The notes under the pieces: model-generated
What the model was told of the DNA's origin: nothing
The model's input: the letters and a program-made list of their open reading frames with translations, nothing else
The model's database searches: none
Source: Piromyces finnis finn
Taxonomy: Eukaryota > Fungi > Neocallimastigomycota
Direction: 5' to 3'
Length of the DNA: 64,000 bases
Assembly: GCA_002104945.1 (NCBI GenBank)
Contig: MCFH01000080.1
Location: 124,001-188,000, forward strand
Translations under genes and position numbers: made by a program
Shown: one piece after another, positions 57,037 through 64,000 of the stretch
Position numbering within the stretch: the stretch's first letter is position 1
Layout of the letters: every line of letters starts with the position of its first letter

Positions 57037-57763
57037 TTGTTTCTGTTAAGCAATAAAGAGAGCCTTTTTTTTTTTTTTTTTAAATCAATGTTAATATTTA
57101 GTTAAACGTAAAGTTAAGCTAAAATATTAAAATTGAAGTTTTTAATTAATTTCTATATATTTAATAATTATTTGTTTAATAGAAGCAAAGGATAAATTAA
57201 CGAAAGTTTTATTATTTTATTGTTCAATTAAGTAAATAATTACTGATATTTTTTTTAAACTTTCAATCAATTGAAAATTGGTTCAAATACTTTTTTATTT
57301 TTAAATAATTTATTTAAAATTCCTTTTTATTATTTTATTAATAATAATTTAATTAGCATATTATATTTCAGATAAAAAAGTATATAATATTAACATAAAT
57401 TATTTAATTTTGATTACATTATTACAATTAAAATATAATAAAAAGTAATTTGTGATGATTTAAATAAAATACAAATACTTCCCAGAAATAATACGCTTAT
57501 TAAATTTTACCACAATAAAGAAATATTATTATATTATTGTTATATATAATAACTATTACAATTTATAATAATAAAATATTAACATACTATATTAATAAAA
57601 TTAGTATTAAAAAATAAATAATAAAAATAAAAATATAGAAATAGTAAAAAACAACAACAACAACTCTATTATTTCTTTTTAAAGCAAAAAAAAAAAAAAA
57701 AAAAATAATAATAATAAAAATAAAATATATAGATTTTTTTAAAAACGTTAATTGATATTAAAA

Positions 57764-57835
57764 ATGGCTACCGAAAATTCATTATGGTATATGAAATCTG
57801 ATAATTGGAAAATTCACCCAAATGTAATTATTACT

Positions 57836-57882
<47 letters not shown>

Positions 57883-60800
57883 AATGTTATATATGATAAA
57901 AACATTTCTTTAAATAATAAATATAAATCTTTTACTTCATTTAAAATATACTAACAAATAATTTTTTTTCTTTTTCTTTTTTATTTATTGAATATGCTTT
58001 TTTAAAATGAATATATATTATATATTACACATATATATAGATGTTATTGGGATATGTGCTATGGACAATAAAGCACGTTCAAAGCCCATGAGAAATATAT
58101 TAAATAGATTACTTTCAACAGGAGAATTTCAAATTGTAATATTCGGAGATAAAGTCATTCTTGATGAAAGTAAATTGAAATCCTTTTTTTTTTTTTTTTA
58201 ATTTCAAAAATAAAGTTTACATATAGAATGCAACTTAATATGAATTTTGGAATAATTATTTATGCTATTAAAAAAGAAATATATATATGTTTTTTATTAT
58301 TATTATTATAAAAAAAAACCGAAAACAACAAACAAAAAAAAAAAAAAAAAAAAAAAATGGTTATTTAATAAATATATCAATATAGGGCATATATATATAA
58401 ATTATATATATTCAAATATGCAAATTGCAAATTAGTATCTAATAAAAAAATTACTATTTATTTTTAATTAATAATTATTTAAAAGGTATTGAAAGTGGCC
58501 AATATGTGATTTTTTAATATCTTTTTTTTCAAAAGGATTCCCACTTCAAAAGCAATTGATTATGTAATTTAAGAAAACCATACTGTATCAATGATTTAGA
58601 GATGCAACGCTTATTATTAGATAGACGTCTTGTTTTAAAATTATTAGATGCTATTCATGCTCATCTCCAAAAGACTTTTGTTGATAATAATCATAGTGAA
58701 TGGGTACCTGATAGTTTAATAGAAAAAGTTAAAGAAAGAATGGGTATTGATCTTATGCTCCAGAATTTAAAACCAATGGAAAATTATTCAAATTGATGCT
58801 GATACTATATCATTAGATGGAAAATATTGAAAAAACCATTTGTAGAGAAGCCAATATGTGGTGAAGATCATAATATATATATATATTATCCTCAATCAAC
58901 TGGTGGTGGTGTAAAAAATTATTTAGAAAGGTAATATTAATAAATATTAAATAAATGAAATTATTTAGTTATTTTATTATTTTTCGAAGTTTTTTTATTT
59001 AAAATATTTATAAAAATTTGATATAGTAAATAAATAACTTGATAACATAATGATTTAATAATAATAATAATAATAAAATAATAATAATAATAATAATAAA
59101 ATATATTTAATGAACATTATAGGTCGGAAATAAGTCAAGTGAGTTTTGTCCAACAATAACAAATATTAGAACAGATGCTGAATATATATGAAGAATTTAT
59201 GAAGTTGATAATTGTGAAGATGTTAAAGTATATACTATTGGTGAAAATTATGCACATGCTGAAACTAGAAAGTGACTATGAATTTTGATTTATATTTAAA
59301 AATAATATTTTATTGATATTAACTATTAATTATTAATATTAACTATTAACTATTGTAATTTTAATATTATCAATAATATATCAATCTATTATATTTATTA
59401 AAATAATCAACATAAAAAATATATTTATCGAATTTAATATTTAAAATAATAACAAACAAAATGATATTTAATATTTCAATAATATTCTTGATAAAAACTC
59501 AAATTTATATAACATGTAATACTAATAGATCACCAGTTGTTGATGGTGTCGTTTGCAGAAATGCTGAAGGAAAAGAAGTAAGATATGTAACAGCTTTAAG
59601 TGAAGAAGAAAAATGTTTGCTAATAATGTATGCACTGCCTTTTTACAAGCTGTTTGTGGTTTTGATTTGTTAAGAGTTCGTGGAAAATCATATGTTATTG
59701 ATGTTAATGGTTGGTCATTTGTTAAGGGTAATGATGAATATTATGATAATTGTGCAAGAGTAAGTAAAATTGTTAATATAACTTTTTTTTTTTTATAAAA
59801 ACTATAAAGAGCAATAATACACTATAAATATTATTATAATATTAATAACTATAAATAATTTAATTTATTTTTTTTATATATTTTGTTTTCATAAGATTTT
59901 AAGAAATTTATTTTTAGAATATGCAACCCAAAGAAATATAAAAAGTTCTGTAGTAAAGGAACAAAATTTGATACCAGATGGAGATTGAAGGGATTTATAT
60001 CAGTATTTAGACATGGTGATAGAACTCCAAAACAAAAGATGAAGTTCCAATTAGAAGCAAGCCATTTGTTGATTTATAAAGGGTTCGAAAGATGAGGTAT
60101 TTTTTCAATTTCTATATACAATTTTTATATTATATATATATATTTTTTTTCGAAGTCTTAATAATTATAATACTTATAATGGTAATAATTATAATATATT
60201 ATTTTTATTATTATCCTATTTTTTATTATTATCCTATTTTTTATTATGATAATTTTAATACAAGATAATTCTTAGAAATCCAGATCAATTAAAAGAAGTC
60301 GTTAAAAGCTGCTAATGAAGCATATGAATTAAAATGCGAAGATTTAGCATTATTAGAACAATTAAAATATATATTATATAAAAAGTCAAAACTACCTGGA
60401 ACAAAGGTACAGCTTAAACCAAGTTATAATAAGAAAACGGGTGATCTAAAAAAAATTTCAATTAATTGTAAAATGGTATATATTTATATATAAATTTAAA
60501 TTTATTTTTATTTATTTTTTTTTATTTACAGTTAAATTAATTATTCAATTTATTATTATTATTATTATTATTTCATCATATAAAGGGGTGGTGAGGTAGA
60601 TTTTTTTTTTTTTCTTTTTTAATTATATTATATATAAAAATAATATAATAAAATTTATTTATTTTAATCGTTCATTTTATAATAAATTTAATATAATTAT
60701 TACCATCATGACAGTTCACACATGCAGGTCGTCATCATAGTAGAGATTTAGGCGAAAATTTGAATAAGGTAAAGATATATTTTAATTATTTTTTATAGAA

Positions 60801-62267
60801 AAATATATATATATATATTGATATATTAAATGTTTTTTAATTTTTTTTTATGTTGTTTTAATATATTATAGGATATAACAATTATGAATCCAAATGTTTA
60901 GATAATGTAAAATGTATAGTTCATCGGAAAGACGTTGTTTGCAACGGCTGATATATTCTCAAAGGCATTTTTAAAGGTTTCTGAATTACCAAAAGATTTT
61001 TTAATAATAAGTAAAGAAAGCTAGATGATACAAATGCAGCAAAGGAACAAATGGAAAGTGTTAAAACAAAACTTCAAGATATATTTAATCCAAAACAAGG
61101 ATTTAGCTGTCCATCTAGTTTTATTTTACCAAAAAATATGGAAGATCCTCCAGTATTAGTACAAGATACTATTGATTTATTATGTTCATTAAGAGAAGTT
61201 ATGAATGAAAATTTCAGAACTTTGGATGTTGATAAACTACAGTCAAGATGGTGTTGTTCAGAAAGTCCAGATTTATTTTAAAGAACGTTGGGAAAAACTT
61301 TTCCATGAATTTTGTGATACTTATAACAGAAAAAATGTATTCGATACCTCAAAAATTTCAGAACTCTATGATTCATTGAAATATGATGCTCTTCATAATA
61401 GAGATTTCTTAGAAGGCATATTTTCTTCACCTAAATATGGTCGAGATTTATTAAGACAACTTTATAGAAAAGCTAAAGTTTTGTTTGATTTTGTAGCACC
61501 ACATGATATGGTATTGAAGATTCCGAGAAGTTGGAAATTGGTTTATTAAATTCAAAACCATTACTTTTAAAAATACTAGGTCATATACAGGAAGTCAAGT
61601 CTTCACCAAACCCCTTGTGCTCGTCTCTTTTTCACAAAGGAATCAAAGGTAATTTGCTTATTAAATATCATTTTTATTAAGTGAATTACCAACAAGTGTT
61701 GATAAAGCTGATACTGAGAACTTGATGTAATTATTTTATTTTCAATTATATTTTTATAATTATATTTTTATATATATTATCATCCTTATATATTAATTTA
61801 TTTGGATTGTATATAAAGACATATAAAATGATTCATTATTATTAATCTTTTTTTTTTTCTTTATTTATAAATATACAATGATTAGACTTACACAATAACA
61901 TTTGAAATTATGAAAGAAGTAAGAATGTTGGTCCAGATCAATATATTTCAGAGTATTCAATGAGAGTTTCATTTAGTCCTGGTGCACATGATTCTAATTT
62001 AATAGATCTTCAAATTGATGGTAAACACTCTATATCCGTTGCCCCTAGAAAGTAACTATTCTTTTTTTTTTTTTTTAAATCATATTTTCTTAAATCTAAT
62101 TTTATATAAAAATGTAAAATGTAAATATTTATTATTATTTATTAATATAAATTTATTAACATATATTATTAATATATATATTTAATTTAAAAAAGATTTA
62201 TAACAGATCATGTATCATTAGATTTTGGTATAAGGCTCTTAATGATGTTATTGACAATAAGAAATAA
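57764..62267 (+). CDS. VIP1: VIP1/PPIP5K inositol pyrophosphate kinase-phosphatase, multi-exon, frameshifted in this sequence
   Basis: [64 protein letters not shown] and [21 protein letters not shown]. Multiple single-base indels break the frame. Confidence 0.92.
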
Positions 62268-62293
62268 TTTTTTTTAATCATTAACTAATAGAT

Positions 62294-62295
62294 GA

Positions 62296-62381
<86 letters not shown>

Positions 62382-62670
62382 GCATAATAAACATAAACAT
62401 AATAACAATAACAATAATAATAACAACAATAACAATAATAATAATGGTAATAGTAATAGTAATAATAAAATAAAAAAAAAGAATGAAAAAAATAATAAAA
62501 ATAATATCATTATTTGATATATAAAAACTATAAAAATAATTAATAACTAATAACAAAAAAAACAAAAAAAAACAAAAAAAAACAAAAAACAAAAAACAAA
62601 AAACAAAAAAACAAAAAACAAAAAACAAAAAAACAAAAACAAACAAACAAACAAACAAACAAAAACAAAA
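62294..62670. repeat. Compound microsatellite (AAT/AAC) plus A-rich (AAAAAAC)/(AAAC) tract 3' of VIP1
   Basis: Direct reading. It explains the poly-Leu/Ile/Phe ORFs. Confidence 0.85.
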
Positions 62671-63462
62671 AATTAAAGTAATAAAAAATCGTTTACTGGT
62701 TTTGAAATATTATTAATAAAATAGAATTTTTTTTTTTAAAAAAAGATAATTAATTTAATATACAATTGATTTTAAAAAATATTTTATTTTAGAATAAGTT
62801 TTTCTCACTCTTATACTCTTTCTTTTTCGTTTTATTTATTTATTTATTTTTATAATATTAATAAGTATAGTTTATTAAATAATAACAGTAATAATTAAAA
62901 TGGTTAAAGAAATTTTTTTTTAAAATTCCTTTTTTTATTTTATTAATAATTTATTGGAAAATCATTTATTTATTAGTAAAATTCATTTTTAATAAAATTA
63001 AATTTATGTTAAAAAAAACATAGTAAATTATATATATATAATTTACTGTCAAAATATTTAATAATAATTTATTTAAAATATTTATATAAGTATCTAAAAA
63101 TGAAAAATAAAAGTACTTTAAAAAACAAAGCAAAATAAATAGAGAAATAAAAAATAAATATTTAATAAAAAACAGGTGTAAATTTATTATTATTATTATT
63201 TTTATATATAATCATTGCTTAGAAACTTTAATAATTATGTTTTTTTAATAGGATTTAATATTTTTTATTTGTTAAGCATTTTATTAATGGAAAATAAAAT
63301 AAAATTGTTATTTAGCATAATTTAAAAATCTTTATATATATAAAAAAAAGTATCATATTTCACATTTTTTCTTTATATTTTTTTTATGTTTTTTTTATTT
63401 TTTAATTTTATCTATTATTTATACGCATTACACATACACATATAATAATAAAACAAAAAATT

Positions 63463-64000
63463 ATGATAACAACACAAAATATATCAGATAATTCTGATAA
63501 TACTAATAATATTAATATTATCTCAGATAATAATACAGGTAACATTGAATTTTATATTCTCCATATTAGCAATGAAAATTAAAAAAAAAAAAAAAAAATT
63601 AAATAAAAACAATTAATGTTTTTGTAGTGTATAAGTATAACATTTATTCATAACAATAAAATGATATATTAATTAATTATTACTTTATTATAACATTAGA
63701 TGTTAATAAATTTTGGGATAAAAATTCATTAAGTTCAGTATATAATAAATCCAATATAATTTCTAAAGATGATCTAGAAAAAAAAAAGGAATCAGAAAAT
63801 ATTAAAAAATCAAAAGAATTTGAAAGAAATACTAATAACTCGAAATTACATAATGCCTTGATTGAAAATTTTAAGAATGAGTCAGCGGATATAAATCGAT
63901 TATTGCTATCTAGAAAAATTATTGAGGAAACGAAGGAAGAAGCAGATGGAAGTATCAAGTATACTTTACCAAAGAGTAAAAATAAAGAAGAATTTCAAGA
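63463..64000 (+). CDS. 5' part of an unknown gene running off the window (exons 63463-63538 and 63700 onward)
   Basis: MITTQNISDNSD...|DVNKFWDKNSLSS...KYTLPKSKNKEEFQ. GT-AG splice in phase, frame open to the window end. Confidence 0.65.

Overview
Extremely AT-rich, intron-rich eukaryotic DNA. Composition, a hydrogenosome-type ASCT gene and flagellar genes point to an anaerobic gut fungus (Neocallimastigomycota); this is an inference. Spliced host genes reconstructed by hand: class IV aminotransferase, LRRC9, FYV7/CCDC59-like, SFT2-like, PHO88/SND3, a secreted HExxH metalloprotease, a TMEM249 (CatSper-theta)-like gene, Aladin/AAAS, ACH1-type acetate:succinate CoA-transferase, a frameshifted VIP1/PPIP5K and a partial unknown gene. 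There is also an intronless 1031-aa scaffold-like ORF. A tRNA-Ser(CGA) is followed within about 50-75 bp by a roughly 10-kb, same-orientation pile-up of APE-type non-LTR retroelements: one intact, one decayed, one mosaic mini-copy and 3' fragments. The two long elements are each preceded by a tandem hairpin cassette whose copies show compensatory base changes. Top leads: (1) the covarying structured RNA cassette and the apparent tRNA-downstream targeting, (2) a CatSper-theta-like subunit in a zoosporic fungus. All homology calls are from remembered motifs, not database searches.
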